Virus record (IMG/VR): IMGVR_UViG_3300028800_000001
Span: 62,001-126,000 of that record
Strand: one strand, 5' to 3'
DNA: 64,000 nucleotides
Within the stretch, counting starts at the first letter, position 1. Every line of letters starts with the position of its first letter. Both the position numbers and the translations under genes were made by a program. The notes under the pieces are model-generated. The model searched no databases and had not been told where the DNA came from. It worked only from the letters and a program-made list of their open reading frames with translations. Shown here piece by piece: positions 46,753 through 55,671 of the stretch.

Positions 46753-46766
46753 GATTTGTTCTCCTT

Positions 46767-48197
46767 TTAATAACTATAACTGCTGCGGCCATCTCTCTTT
46801 ATAGGAGCGGCCAGCGCCGTTAGAATAAGCGTTACTACGCCTGATACAAGCAGGGCAACGACAAAGACGATAAGACAATACCAGAACGGAGGCCCACTTT
46901 TCATCCAGTCATAGCCAAGCGTTCCCGCATGATTACTGGTGATATGGGAGCGAGAAAATCCGTAGGTTGGATCAAAGATCAACTGCTCTAAGACCCCATG
47001 AGACGGGACGACACGGATCAACTGGTTATTGGCAACTTGCGCGTGCGGTGTACCAAGTAGGAGATCAGGGTTAACTCCAACGCCATTTGCGGCGCTCTCA
47101 TCTGGAACATGCACCCGCAATAATTGCCAGAGTTGATTGTTATCCGTATCAATTAGCGTGAAACCGAAAGCCCAGGTGATGCGTTGACCGTTGGTGCCCA
47201 TCACAAACACAGCCATGTTCTTTGGCAGTGTCCAGTGCCCAAAGGTAGATTGATCCTGCCAGTAGGCATTGAGTGCGTTGGTGTAACTGATTGACTGACT
47301 TTCCGGCACCTTTGTGTCATTCACCACGACCAGCTCGATATCAAAGCGCTTTGTCACCGGTTTTAAACTGCCTGACTCTTCGTTGAGGAGCCCTGCATCA
47401 CGCTGGTAGCGCTGGTACACACTTGCTGGTGGCGTAAAGCCTGCGAAGATGACTTTATTTGATTGATCGTAATCGAAGACGGTCTTGTTGATATTTGGTA
47501 GCACTCCCAGGCTCTTGTAATGCCCAACCTGATCAGAGGTAGCCGTCTTGTTGCCTGACCCGTTGATCGGGTTGTCGTACGACCCGATAGCGCTTGCCGC
47601 TCGTGGATATCCAGCATTGATAGCCTGCTGTGCTTGCACAGCCTCTCGTGGCTCTCCAATTCCTGCCTGTTGGGCTGCGTAGCGCAGATCACTCACAGAG
47701 ACTTCGTTATACTGCGTGTAGGCTATTCCTGGTTGCCAGTTAACCGGTACGACGTGGTCACCGACCGTTTGATCGCCAACGGTCGTATGAATAATCCAAC
47801 TGTCCTCTTCGTAAAAGAGGTCATCGTAGTAGTAACGGGTACAGGTATCATTTTCCGTGGTATAGGTCGTGTTCCCCTTTGAGTCGGTATGGCTCACCGT
47901 CTTTGGACAAGAGTATTGCTCGCTTCTCGTATACGTATGTTCACATCCACCCGTTTGAGCGCAGATGTAGCGCACCTGCTCGACCCCTGTCTCAGTTCCC
48001 GAATAGAACTGGTTATACGTATACTGGCCCATCCCCTGAAGCCAGAACATGAGCGTGCCAATGCCCAGGATAAGGCCAAGATTGACCAGCGATATCCAAA
48101 ACAGAGAGGTTTTACTTGACTCTGCTCCCATATTGAAGACAACCGCAATCACGGTAACGATGACGAAAGCGAGCCCAATAGTGACAATTTGTTCCAT
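46767..48197 (-). CDS. membrane protein with large extracytoplasmic Cys-containing domain
   Basis: 2 N-terminal TMs, CEHTY..SC..DTC, C-terminal TM. Confidence 0.8.
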   Translation of the reverse strand: MEQIVTIGLAFVIVTVIAVVFNMGAESSKTSLFWISLVNLGLILGIGTLMFWLQGMGQYTYNQFYSGTETGVEQVRYICAQTGGCEHTYTRSEQYSCPKTVSHTDSKGNTTYTTENDTCTRYYYDDLFYEEDSWIIHTTVGDQTVGDHVVPVNWQPGIAYTQYNEVSVSDLRYAAQQAGIGEPREAVQAQQAINAGYPRAASAIGSYDNPINGSGNKTATSDQVGHYKSLGVLPNINKTVFDYDQSNKVIFAGFTPPASVYQRYQRDAGLLNEESGSLKPVTKRFDIELVVVNDTKVPESQSISYTNALNAYWQDQSTFGHWTLPKNMAVFVMGTNGQRITWAFGFTLIDTDNNQLWQLLRVHVPDESAANGVGVNPDLLLGTPHAQVANNQLIRVVPSHGVLEQLIFDPTYGFSRSHITSNHAGTLGYDWMKSGPPFWYCLIVFVVALLVSGVVTLILTALAAPIKRDGRSSYSY

Positions 48198-48215
48198 GAA
48201 TATTTTCCTTTTTAC

Positions 48216-48539
48216 TTAGTTTTGAAAAAGTGGATGGCGGCTGAGACCGCACTGTTTTAATAGGTCTTCCCACTTCCCGTCGTTGCAGCCGCAAAATGAA
48301 CGGTCGCTAAAACTGTCGCTACGCGTCTTGGAAGCTTGCGTCATATACCAGAATTCGCTGTTGACGCTGCGTACATAATAATCGCCAAAGGCGGTATGTA
48401 GGACCGGAAGAACTTGATATGCAACCTGATTAAAACGAGTCATTTCGTCAGCAAGCGCTGCTCGTACTGCAAACATACGTGCTTTTTGTGCCTCTCGTGC
48501 TACGCGATTTGCGCGCTTTTCTGCCAGTGTGAGTGCCAT
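48216..48539 (-). CDS. hypothetical protein
   Basis: TTCAAGGAG leader, first gene after P12. Confidence 0.75.
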   Translation of the reverse strand: MALTLAEKRANRVAREAQKARMFAVRAALADEMTRFNQVAYQVLPVLHTAFGDYYVRSVNSEFWYMTQASKTRSDSFSDRSFCGCNDGKWEDLLKQCGLSRHPLFQN

Positions 48540-48592
48540 CTTTTTTCTCCTTGAAACGAAAGTTATTAAATTGTTTTTTCTTTACAAAAAGA

Positions 48593-48647
48593 AGTATAGG
48601 TCAGAGAAGAAAAGAAGTCAATAGTTTTTTCACTGTATTTTCAGAAA
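48593..48647 (-). promoter_or_regulatory. promoter module P12
   Basis: TTTCTGAAAATAC...TTGACT-N17-TATACT. Confidence 0.85.
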
Positions 48648-48703
48648 TGCTTTGACCTTTAAGAATACAGACGTAAAAGATGGGGAAATATCAAATGAGG
48701 GTG

Positions 48704-49051
48704 CTATTTAGCACCCTTTTGTAAAATGGTCAGAAACAGGGGGATCAGCGCGTGATCGTAGCCACGTGAGTTGGCAAGATACTCTTGGAGATGGCGCAGG
48801 AGCGCAGGGGCAACCTCTTCTTCGGTCACATCATCCTCTAAGATATACTCTTCTTCTGGAGAGACTTTCAGATCACCTTTTTTATGTTCACTATAAAGGA
48901 GCACGATTGTATGCTGTGTTGCGCTCTTGCTCCTTACTTTGACGTAAACACTCGCCTGCTCACGCCAACGATTGCCAGGACGACGATAGAGCAGTTTAAA
49001 ACTATCACTCTCTATCGTCACGCTATCAAGGACACCTGCTTTATAATTCAT
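48704..49051 (-). CDS. hypothetical protein
   Basis: ATG abuts the IS end. Confidence 0.65.
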   Translation of the reverse strand: MNYKAGVLDSVTIESDSFKLLYRRPGNRWREQASVYVKVRSKSATQHTIVLLYSEHKKGDLKVSPEEEYILEDDVTEEEVAPALLRHLQEYLANSRGYDHALIPLFLTILQKGAK

Positions 49052-49111
49052 ACAATTGCGGCAAGGAAACCCTGTGCTTTTAAGCCAGGGAGGAATTGCC
49101 GTCTCTCCTCT

Positions 49112-50395
49112 CTAATAACTATAGCCATCGATTTTGTACAACGACTGACAATATCTATAGCTAATTCCTTCAGTAACTCCGTTTTTCGTTGCAATATTAA
49201 AGCTTCCGGTAGAGCGTATTGCAACCTTTCCAATGTATGTACCCGTCTTTTTCCCTTTTGTGATAATGGCTTTTACGATGTCACCGGTTTGAAAACCATG
49301 CACAACCTTTGCTTGCTTTGGCCCTGTTCTTGGGAAGCCAAAGCAATTCATTCTGCACATTTGTCTCGATCCATGCCCAATAGCTTTTATATGCAAAGGT
49401 TGAATATCTCTAAGCGATAGTATTTCAGGGGTACTTTTGCCTACACATACCGCATCAATCCAATGTTCTTTTGAAAGTTGCCTCAAAGAACGATTGTATT
49501 TTGTTAGTCCACCAGAGCCAACTTCAACAGGCAATCCAGCTTTCTTTAATTCCTCATATAATCGCCACCTTGTACTATTCACCGCAGCCGCATCTTTGAG
49601 CGGCTTCTTTAGTTGCGCAAGAATCTTATCCAGTCGCTTCTTGTCATGTTGCAAGAAATCCTGAATATCTTTCGTGTCTTTCTTTTTATTGCATGGTTCG
49701 CAAGCCAAACAAAGATTAGAGATTCGATCCGAACCGCCCTTTGATCTTGCTACTACATGCTCAATCTCCAGAGGCACATTCTCAGCGTCACAGTAACCGC
49801 ATTTTCGCTCCCATTTTTCTAATAGGTACTCTCTAATCTCATAGCCTTGCAGTGTACCTTGTTGATATTCAAATCCTGATATTTCTGGATTTTCCATTTT
49901 TTGCAGATCAAAGCGAACCAATTCTTGCGAGATAGCAACAAGGTTGCAAAGCAATCTCAGCTTTCTCATCCACGTAAGGATATTTTGTATTCTGCTCTCA
50001 AGCGATGGCGCTATCCAACCTTTCTTCTTGTTCCTACGATTAAGAAAACGTGGCTGACGATATCTTGTTTTTCTTTGTCTACGCGACCTTCGAATCATTT
50101 TCCTATCGGCAAGCGCTTTTCCAATAGTGTTCCCACGATGTTCAAGTTCTACGCCAAAGACAACTTCACCCGACTGATCATTTACAATGGCGATACCGGT
50201 TGTCTTTGAACCAGGATCAAGCTTTATTCGCAATGGCTCAACAATTGGATTATTTACTTCTCGTTTTAAGACGATTGTAAACGGATATCTTTTAAAAACG
50301 GCTGCTTTTCCTGAAGAGAGCAATCTCCTTGCTTCCCCTGGATGTACCGGATTTAGAATCTGTTTCTTCGTATCTAATACAAACACTTTTAACAT
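49112..50395 (-). CDS. iscB: RNA-guided endonuclease IscB
   Basis: PLMP-like VFVLD..LNPVHPGEARRLL..YPFTI; RuvC-I LDPGSK; RRSRR bridge helix; RuvC-II QELVRFD; HNH EIEHVV..GGSDRISNL..CN; RuvC-III HWIDA. Confidence 0.95.
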   Translation of the reverse strand: MLKVFVLDTKKQILNPVHPGEARRLLSSGKAAVFKRYPFTIVLKREVNNPIVEPLRIKLDPGSKTTGIAIVNDQSGEVVFGVELEHRGNTIGKALADRKMIRRSRRQRKTRYRQPRFLNRRNKKKGWIAPSLESRIQNILTWMRKLRLLCNLVAISQELVRFDLQKMENPEISGFEYQQGTLQGYEIREYLLEKWERKCGYCDAENVPLEIEHVVARSKGGSDRISNLCLACEPCNKKKDTKDIQDFLQHDKKRLDKILAQLKKPLKDAAAVNSTRWRLYEELKKAGLPVEVGSGGLTKYNRSLRQLSKEHWIDAVCVGKSTPEILSLRDIQPLHIKAIGHGSRQMCRMNCFGFPRTGPKQAKVVHGFQTGDIVKAIITKGKKTGTYIGKVAIRSTGSFNIATKNGVTEGISYRYCQSLYKIDGYSY

Positions 50396-50645
50396 TTTTT
50401 GCTCTTTCAAGCCTCCGCTTTCGCGGGTAATGGTCAACTCGACAATGTTACAAAACGGTTTTGTATGATTACTACACTGGCTTTACCCTTCCGCCTGTTT
50501 AATAGTAATCCGCAGAGGATAAGACTGTTGAAGCATCCTATCGTGCCTATATATTCGCTTTTAACGTAGATTTTCTTTCAAATCTGAGTCTGGTCAAATT
50601 GGTGGGCTCTCACAAGCCCCTGTGTTTTAATCAGGGGTATTTGAC
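50396..50645 (-). ncRNA. omegaRNA (HEARO-type) scaffold
   Basis: GTCAAATACCCC...TTGACCAGACTCAG...CTACGTT...GGATGC...CTCTGCG...TTAAACAG...CATTGTCGAG directly upstream of iscB. Confidence 0.85.
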
Positions 50646-50672
50646 ACTTCTTCTGACTGCGCGCCCCTGCCA

Positions 50673-51149
50673 CTATCGTTGCGATGTCCATCCATCACCC
50701 TTCTCCATAGCAGCACGAGCAATGTCTTCCAAAAAATCTGGAAAAGTTGTTTCACCGCTTTCGTGCGAGTACCACCAATTCCGTAACACAGTGGATGCCC
50801 GTTGTTCGGATAAGCCACCCAAAGTTCGTTGATTTGCCTTACTGATATGAATCCAGTCTTTTTTGTCATAATATTTATATCTCCTCTCTCCCTCTTGAGA
50901 AAACCCTTCCTGCTCCAAAAGGGGCACGTAGACACTCTCCAGAATAGAATCTGTGTAATTAAGATAATTTGCAATCTTGGGATGATGCTTTTCTACATAC
51001 GCCTGCGCTTCACCTGCATAATGCACAAGTGTTTCGCGCCCTGGTATAAGGCAAACATTCCAGCTCAGATCGCGCCCTGGAAAAAAGGCATAAATATCAA
51101 TGCCTTGACCGCCCTGCGAATACATTGCTTCTGTAATTGTGTACTTCAT
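50673..51149 (-). CDS. hypothetical protein
   Basis: GAGGAG SD before MKYTIT. Confidence 0.75.
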   Translation of the reverse strand: MKYTITEAMYSQGGQGIDIYAFFPGRDLSWNVCLIPGRETLVHYAGEAQAYVEKHHPKIANYLNYTDSILESVYVPLLEQEGFSQEGERRYKYYDKKDWIHISKANQRTLGGLSEQRASTVLRNWWYSHESGETTFPDFLEDIARAAMEKGDGWTSQR

Positions 51150-51150
51150 G

Positions 51151-51627
51151 CTACTCCTCATCTTTCTTGAAAAAGCACGCTTCAACGAGCAGCGCTTCGT
51201 AGGCATCTGCATCGTTACTCCGTTTGTCTAAGAATGCCAGGATCTTTGGGTATTTGTCTTGCAAATACGCAATCGTTGCATCGTTGCCAAAGACCGCAAT
51301 AGTATGCCCAGGCAGAAAAGTCGTCGCCCAGGACATTTCTATCGTGTAAATTTCTGTCCTCGCAAAGAAGAAGATGCCGTGTTCGTCTTTTCGAAGCGTA
51401 TACCACTTCTTAATGAGCGAGAGCGGCATAAGTTCTCCTTCGCTCTCCGCAAGCTCCAAGCCGTCTAGAGTAAAGCGTACTGGCACATCCACGGTGTGTT
51501 CTTGCCCAAAGAAGTGCTCAAAATGATACACATCGCCGTAGCCAAAGTAGGCATGCACACCGGCTCTGCGAAGCGCCTCTCTTGCTTTGGGGTGAATGCT
51601 TGAAATGTTGGTCATGTTTGAATCCAA
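51151..51627 (-). CDS. hypothetical protein
   Basis: ORF tiling. Confidence 0.7.
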   Translation of the reverse strand: MDSNMTNISSIHPKAREALRRAGVHAYFGYGDVYHFEHFFGQEHTVDVPVRFTLDGLELAESEGELMPLSLIKKWYTLRKDEHGIFFFARTEIYTIEMSWATTFLPGHTIAVFGNDATIAYLQDKYPKILAFLDKRSNDADAYEALLVEACFFKKDEE

Positions 51628-51905
51628 TAATATTTGAATGGATGCTTGCCGTCATACCCATCAGGAACGCCGTTCACAAACATCTTGCCAGTAGAAAGTA
51701 TTGGGTAGTGCTCATCATTGAGAATGAAACGACTGTCGCCAGAATTTCCCTCAACAATCGAGAGCAACGTCTTGAGCGCAAATTGCTCCGAACAGCCAAA
51801 GCGGTTCGCCACCTCTTTTGTGGTCTCGCCATCAATCTCACCCTGCCAAACCGCATCGCAAATCGCTGTTTTGATGCGCGTTGCTTCTTCTCTGGAGAGT
51901 CTCAC
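51612..51905 (-). CDS. hypothetical protein, possible HTH
   Basis: TTKEVANRFGCSEQFALKTL; GGAGGTG SD. Confidence 0.7.
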   Translation of the reverse strand: MRLSREEATRIKTAICDAVWQGEIDGETTKEVANRFGCSEQFALKTLLSIVEGNSGDSRFILNDEHYPILSTGKMFVNGVPDGYDGKHPFKYYWIQT

Positions 51906-51913
51906 ATCACCTC

Positions 51914-52705
51914 CTATAAGAAGATATTACCGTTGTCGTCTTTGTAGGCCACAAAGCCATCATCCAGCATCTTGCGCCACTCTTCTTTGGTGGCTTTGAA
52001 GCTCCCAAAGGTCGTGCTATGAACTGCGCACCATGCGCAAAGCTCATCTAACGTGGCGAAAACAGGTGAACAAGGAGAACCTTCCGTGGTATCTTCCCAG
52101 AGCTGATACCCCTCACCTGTTGGCGGCTCTTCGGCTTCCCAGTTCTCGTAGCGTTCTTTATGTTCGGGCGTTGGAAACTGCGATCCATCGCCGCCACACT
52201 CAGGGCACAAATCGCTCTTGCCTTCACGTGCAAGTTTGGCTTTGATCACCGTGTGGCAATTAATGCTATCGTGTCCAATACCAATCTTTGCCCAATCATT
52301 GACCTCTTGAGGTGTTGGAATATATCCGTTCGTCTCTTTGAGCCAATAAGAGCTTTCCCCGCTCTTTTCCTGCTCTCGCAGCATTTCCCATTGTTCGTCT
52401 GTACGTGGGCGTCTGGTAAAATCGAAAAGCCTTCCATCATCAACAAGCGCTTGAATGTCGTCTTCGTCCAGGTGGTAGCACCACGCTTCGTCATTGTAGC
52501 GATACCCTTTTTCAATATACACCCAACGCGTGCGATCAAAGCCATGCCAACGATCACGCAGCGCTTTGCATTCAAGGCTCCACCCTTCGCCATCGCAGGC
52601 AGGACAATTGTACTCAGAGCTCCAATACTGATTAAGATACCCTTCCCAGGTCGTGTTTTGCGGCCAATCGAAATCCATCGGTACGCGTTTTAATAATCTT
52701 CCCAA
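51914..52705 (-). CDS. conserved phage protein with split DnaJ-like CxxCxGxG pair
   Basis: MGR..KRVPMDFDWP, CPACDGEG, CPECGGDG, GYQLWEDTTEGSPCSPVF. Confidence 0.8.
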   Translation of the reverse strand: MGRLLKRVPMDFDWPQNTTWEGYLNQYWSSEYNCPACDGEGWSLECKALRDRWHGFDRTRWVYIEKGYRYNDEAWCYHLDEDDIQALVDDGRLFDFTRRPRTDEQWEMLREQEKSGESSYWLKETNGYIPTPQEVNDWAKIGIGHDSINCHTVIKAKLAREGKSDLCPECGGDGSQFPTPEHKERYENWEAEEPPTGEGYQLWEDTTEGSPCSPVFATLDELCAWCAVHSTTFGSFKATKEEWRKMLDDGFVAYKDDNGNIFL

Positions 52706-52707
52706 AT

Positions 52708-52950
52708 TTATTCCTCAATTCGCAGTTTTGCAAGCGGAAATTTGACCGCTTCAAATTCGGTGGCAGTACAGATAAGTTCTGTCCCAATCTTTGCAAGTTC
52801 AACTTGTATGGCGTTTAAGCGTGGTGAATTTGTGCGCTCACCAGTAAGCCAGAGGTTGAGCGCTTCGTCAATGAGCGCATTGCGCTTACGCCAGTGGATA
52901 AAGGGAAAAAGCAACATTGTACCTCTCTTGAAAGCTATAAGTGGTCGCAT
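52708..52950 (-). CDS. hypothetical protein
   Basis: ORF tiling. Confidence 0.55.
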   Translation of the reverse strand: MRPLIAFKRGTMLLFPFIHWRKRNALIDEALNLWLTGERTNSPRLNAIQVELAKIGTELICTATEFEAVKFPLAKLRIEE

Positions 52951-53107
52951 ACGCTACACCATCGTTTTCCCAGGTGCCTGAAAGTTGTGCAACACCTGTG
53001 AGCGCTTGCTCTTTGGCATCTTCATCTTGTGAAAGCCAGAACAAGCGCGGAAACTTCTCGTAAAAATCGTGTACGAGCAAACTGAGTCCATGAAGTTCGC
53101 TATCCAT
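52886..53107 (-). CDS. hypothetical protein
   Basis: AAGGAGG SD before MDSELH. Confidence 0.6.
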   Translation of the reverse strand: MDSELHGLSLLVHDFYEKFPRLFWLSQDEDAKEQALTGVAQLSGTWENDGVAYATTYSFQERYNVAFSLYPLA

Positions 53108-53744
53108 TATATAATCCTCCTTCTTTACGTACTTGATTGCAGATGCAATCCCAAAACGGTGCGCCGTAATCCTCCGGCTCGTAGGCAACCCCACTACGCC
53201 AGGAACACTGACTACACCCGACATACTCCATGTCGTTCTCTACCTCCTCTACCAACGTCTTCGTTAGACACCAGGGGCAAAGGCTATAGAGGAGGCACGC
53301 TGTGCATTCGTTTTCATCCCATTCATCGCCGTAGCTGCTTTTCTCATATAAAATGCCTGTGCCACGACAGGTACGGCAATAATTGGGATGCGCGGCCTCA
53401 AAAGCCACTACTTCCTCCTTGCCATCCTGACATCCCTGGAGATGCTTCGCACATTCAATATCCATGCGAAAAGGAAACTCAAAGTGAACAGGAAGGTTAT
53501 AGCGCAGTGCAACCGCAACACAGTCATCCAGGTCACGCTCATCTCTGTTCACATCGCGCAGAAATTGTCGAATAAGTGCTGCGCGAGCACGTGTAAGCGT
53601 CTGATACGGAATTGCGACCCCCTCTTTTCGGTAGATGTACCAGACCTCCTGGCACGAGAAAAAGAGGTAATAGCACTGCGTAGGCGGATGATAAAAGGCA
53701 CGCCAGACCTCCGCCCACTCTCGAAACGCGACACCAATACTCAC
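53100..53744 (-). CDS. Cys-rich hypothetical protein
   Basis: CRTCRGTG, CTAC, CPWC, CSQC. Confidence 0.75.
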   Translation of the reverse strand: MSIGVAFREWAEVWRAFYHPPTQCYYLFFSCQEVWYIYRKEGVAIPYQTLTRARAALIRQFLRDVNRDERDLDDCVAVALRYNLPVHFEFPFRMDIECAKHLQGCQDGKEEVVAFEAAHPNYCRTCRGTGILYEKSSYGDEWDENECTACLLYSLCPWCLTKTLVEEVENDMEYVGCSQCSWRSGVAYEPEDYGAPFWDCICNQVRKEGGLYNG

Positions 53745-54133
53745 AGTTTTTCAATCCTGACGGCGTTCTCTGGAATACGCAGTTCACCATGCTTTTCCGA
53801 GAAGACAATAAGATAGCCGCGCTCCAGCAGCACGCCAGAAAGTGTCATCTGCTTGTCTGCGCGAATGAACAACGCCTTTCCTTCTGGCTTATGAAAGCTG
53901 ATGTCACGCAAGAAAGTCACCGTATGTGCGCCATCGGTATAATCAGGATCAACACACAGATGCCGGTCGTCTGGATGAATAAAGGAAAGGGACATCTCCC
54001 AATTCTCTTTGATATGCTCCACACCAGGATTGGTTGGAAGTAATCGCAGCGAAGCGCGCCTGCCACGTGTGAAAAGAAGTTCACAACGACGATAACGACC
54101 AGAGATTTTTGCGCGTACAATAGTGCTTTCCAT
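53741..54133 (-). CDS. hypothetical protein
   Basis: TTCAAGGAG leader, first gene after P13. Confidence 0.75.
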   Translation of the reverse strand: MESTIVRAKISGRYRRCELLFTRGRRASLRLLPTNPGVEHIKENWEMSLSFIHPDDRHLCVDPDYTDGAHTVTFLRDISFHKPEGKALFIRADKQMTLSGVLLERGYLIVFSEKHGELRIPENAVRIEKL

Positions 54134-54170
54134 TTTTTCTTTCTCCTTGAAAAATATATTTCTTTTCTAT

Positions 54171-54225
54171 AGTATAGGGCATTTACACTAACGCGTCAAG
54201 AATATTTTCACTGTATTTTCAGAAA
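54171..54225 (-). promoter_or_regulatory. promoter module P13
   Basis: TATTTTCTGAAAATAC...TTGACG-N17-TATACT. Confidence 0.85.
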
Positions 54226-54278
54226 ATAAAAAGAGAGAAGCGTTATGCCCCTCTCTTAATAAAACCCTTTCGGGGTTA
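54222..54278 (-). terminator. tandem hairpins/terminator abutting P13
   Basis: AACCC-CGAAA-GGGTT and AAGAGAGGGGC/GCTTCTCTCTT then TTTATTTT. Confidence 0.7.
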
Positions 54279-54992
54279 TTTAACTTCTTTGGCTTTCATA
54301 TCAAAATATGCGCCTGCTCGATAATATTTGCGCTCATCTTGTGCCTTTAAGAATTTCTCGTAGACCTCTTTGGCCTTTTGATACGACGTTGCCTCGATCA
54401 TCTGCTCTTCAAATTCCGGCTGCTTTTCGATAAAACAACGGAAGGTTTTGACCGGCTTTGGCGCTTTTTTGACGCGTGGGGTGGAAACCGTCTTTGGGGC
54501 TGGAATGGTGCGTCCTTCGCCAGCAGCGCGTGCCCATTCTACAACGCGCTGTTCCATCTCGACCAGATCCGCTTTTGCGAACCGGATGTTTCGCTCGTAT
54601 TCGTTAATCTTACCGCTGTGCGCGTATTCGTAGGTTCTTGGCATTCCAGAGGAGACGCGGTATCCGTAGCTCTTCGTGTCCAGGTCGGCTGGACGGTCGC
54701 ACACAATCTCTTTCCCTGACTGATAAGCGGATTTGTTAATCCACACGGAAAGCTGTGCAGGAGGATTGGCGACGAACTCTGCGAGTGCCTGTTCTTGAGC
54801 CGCGATGAAGTTTTTTACCACTTCGACAATCTCTTTTAAACGATCACAGGAGACCTGATACGGGACGTAACGCGCACCAGCGCAAGAAGCGGTCTGCCAT
54901 CCATACCCAGGACGGCTGTATCCGTGATGTGCAATCAGTCCACTCGCGGCGCGTACCGCTCTTCCGCATACCTGACAGGTTAACTTTTCCAT
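54276..54992 (-). CDS. conserved phage protein with N-terminal Zn-binding motif
   Basis: TCQVCGR..IAHHGY.RPG.GWQTASC.G. Confidence 0.8.
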   Translation of the reverse strand: MEKLTCQVCGRAVRAASGLIAHHGYSRPGYGWQTASCAGARYVPYQVSCDRLKEIVEVVKNFIAAQEQALAEFVANPPAQLSVWINKSAYQSGKEIVCDRPADLDTKSYGYRVSSGMPRTYEYAHSGKINEYERNIRFAKADLVEMEQRVVEWARAAGEGRTIPAPKTVSTPRVKKAPKPVKTFRCFIEKQPEFEEQMIEATSYQKAKEVYEKFLKAQDERKYYRAGAYFDMKAKEVK

Positions 54993-55038
54993 TTTCTTTC
55001 TCCTTGAATGTTTTTTTTCGTTTATTTCTTATACAGGA

Positions 55039-55093
55039 ATGATAGCGCATTCAGGGAGTGGCGTCAAGTGTTTTCTCTATGAGTTTTCAGAAA
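55039..55093 (-). promoter_or_regulatory. promoter module P14
   Basis: TTTCTGAAAACTC...TTGACG-N17-TATCAT; near copy of P6 and its leader. Confidence 0.8.
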
Positions 55094-55307
55094 GTGTCTC
55101 AACAACAGATTCAGCCCATGCCTCCTGGCAGGCAACGCAGTTCCAGCCACGCGGAGTATTGTTCCAACCGAGCACTTTAAGGATTTTACTTCCCTCTTCT
55201 ACGGTGAGTCTTCCTCCACGCTGAAAGACGGTCTGCGGTTTATCACACTCAAAACAAAAGGCAGTGAGCGAATGGGTAAAGGTTCCTGTATGAAATTTAT
55301 CTTTCAT
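55077..55307 (-). CDS. small zinc-finger-like protein
   Basis: CFEC...GWNCVAC; stop inside P14. Confidence 0.7.
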   Translation of the reverse strand: MKDKFHTGTFTHSLTAFCFECDKPQTVFQRGGRLTVEEGSKILKVLGWNNTPRGWNCVACQEAWAESVVETLSENS

Positions 55308-55668
55308 GTTTTTTCTCTTCTTTCACTAATTCATCAATGTCTGCGCCAAACATGCTGATCTCTTCGTACAAATACTCCAGCGTGTTGTCATATTCTTCTC
55401 TCAGGATAGCCGCAATAAGCGTCTCACGATTTGCTTTCACGAGAGACGGTTGTTCCTCCGTTTGATAACACACGCCAAGTTGCTTCGTTCGCTGTACCAG
55501 TGCTGCCCTACGCCATTTACGCAGCTCACTCAAACGTGAAACGCGTGCCACACATCTTGCGCTATATTCGAGCGTGAGGGTGACCAGACGAACGTAGCGC
55601 GTGCGTAGCACCTCTGGACTCTCGATGAGATCAAGATCACACTCACGATACGCCTCATAGTCAAACAT
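55297..55668 (-). CDS. hypothetical protein
   Basis: ORF tiling. Confidence 0.7.
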   Translation of the reverse strand: MFDYEAYRECDLDLIESPEVLRTRYVRLVTLTLEYSARCVARVSRLSELRKWRRAALVQRTKQLGVCYQTEEQPSLVKANRETLIAAILREEYDNTLEYLYEEISMFGADIDELVKEEKKHER

Positions 55669-55671
55669 CTC

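Larger units (their letters stand above)
49052..50645 (-). mobile_element. non-autonomous IS200/IS605-superfamily element carrying iscB and omegaRNA
   Basis: Related subterminal hairpins CCCTGTGCTTTTAAGCCAGGG (49070-49090) and CCCCTGTGTTTTAATCAGGGG (50617-50637); ends at TTGAC 50645; flanked by TTCAT 49047-49051; no tnpA. Confidence 0.85.

Noticed and set aside
49048-49233. 61-aa ORF across the iscB 3' end as a tnpA remnant
   Set aside because: No HUH/Y1 motifs; it reads through the end hairpin
50646-50675. TAG stop-codon recoding (frame stays open past TAG 50673 into gene 49051 at the empty IS site)
   Set aside because: Coding density is already very high under code 11 and many genes end cleanly at TAG
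54214-54228. Upstream box resembles the CodY consensus AATTTTCWGAAAATT
   Set aside because: CodY is a Firmicutes regulator and host clues point elsewhere; conservation is asymmetric and position-locked. Revisit only if the host proves to be a Firmicute.
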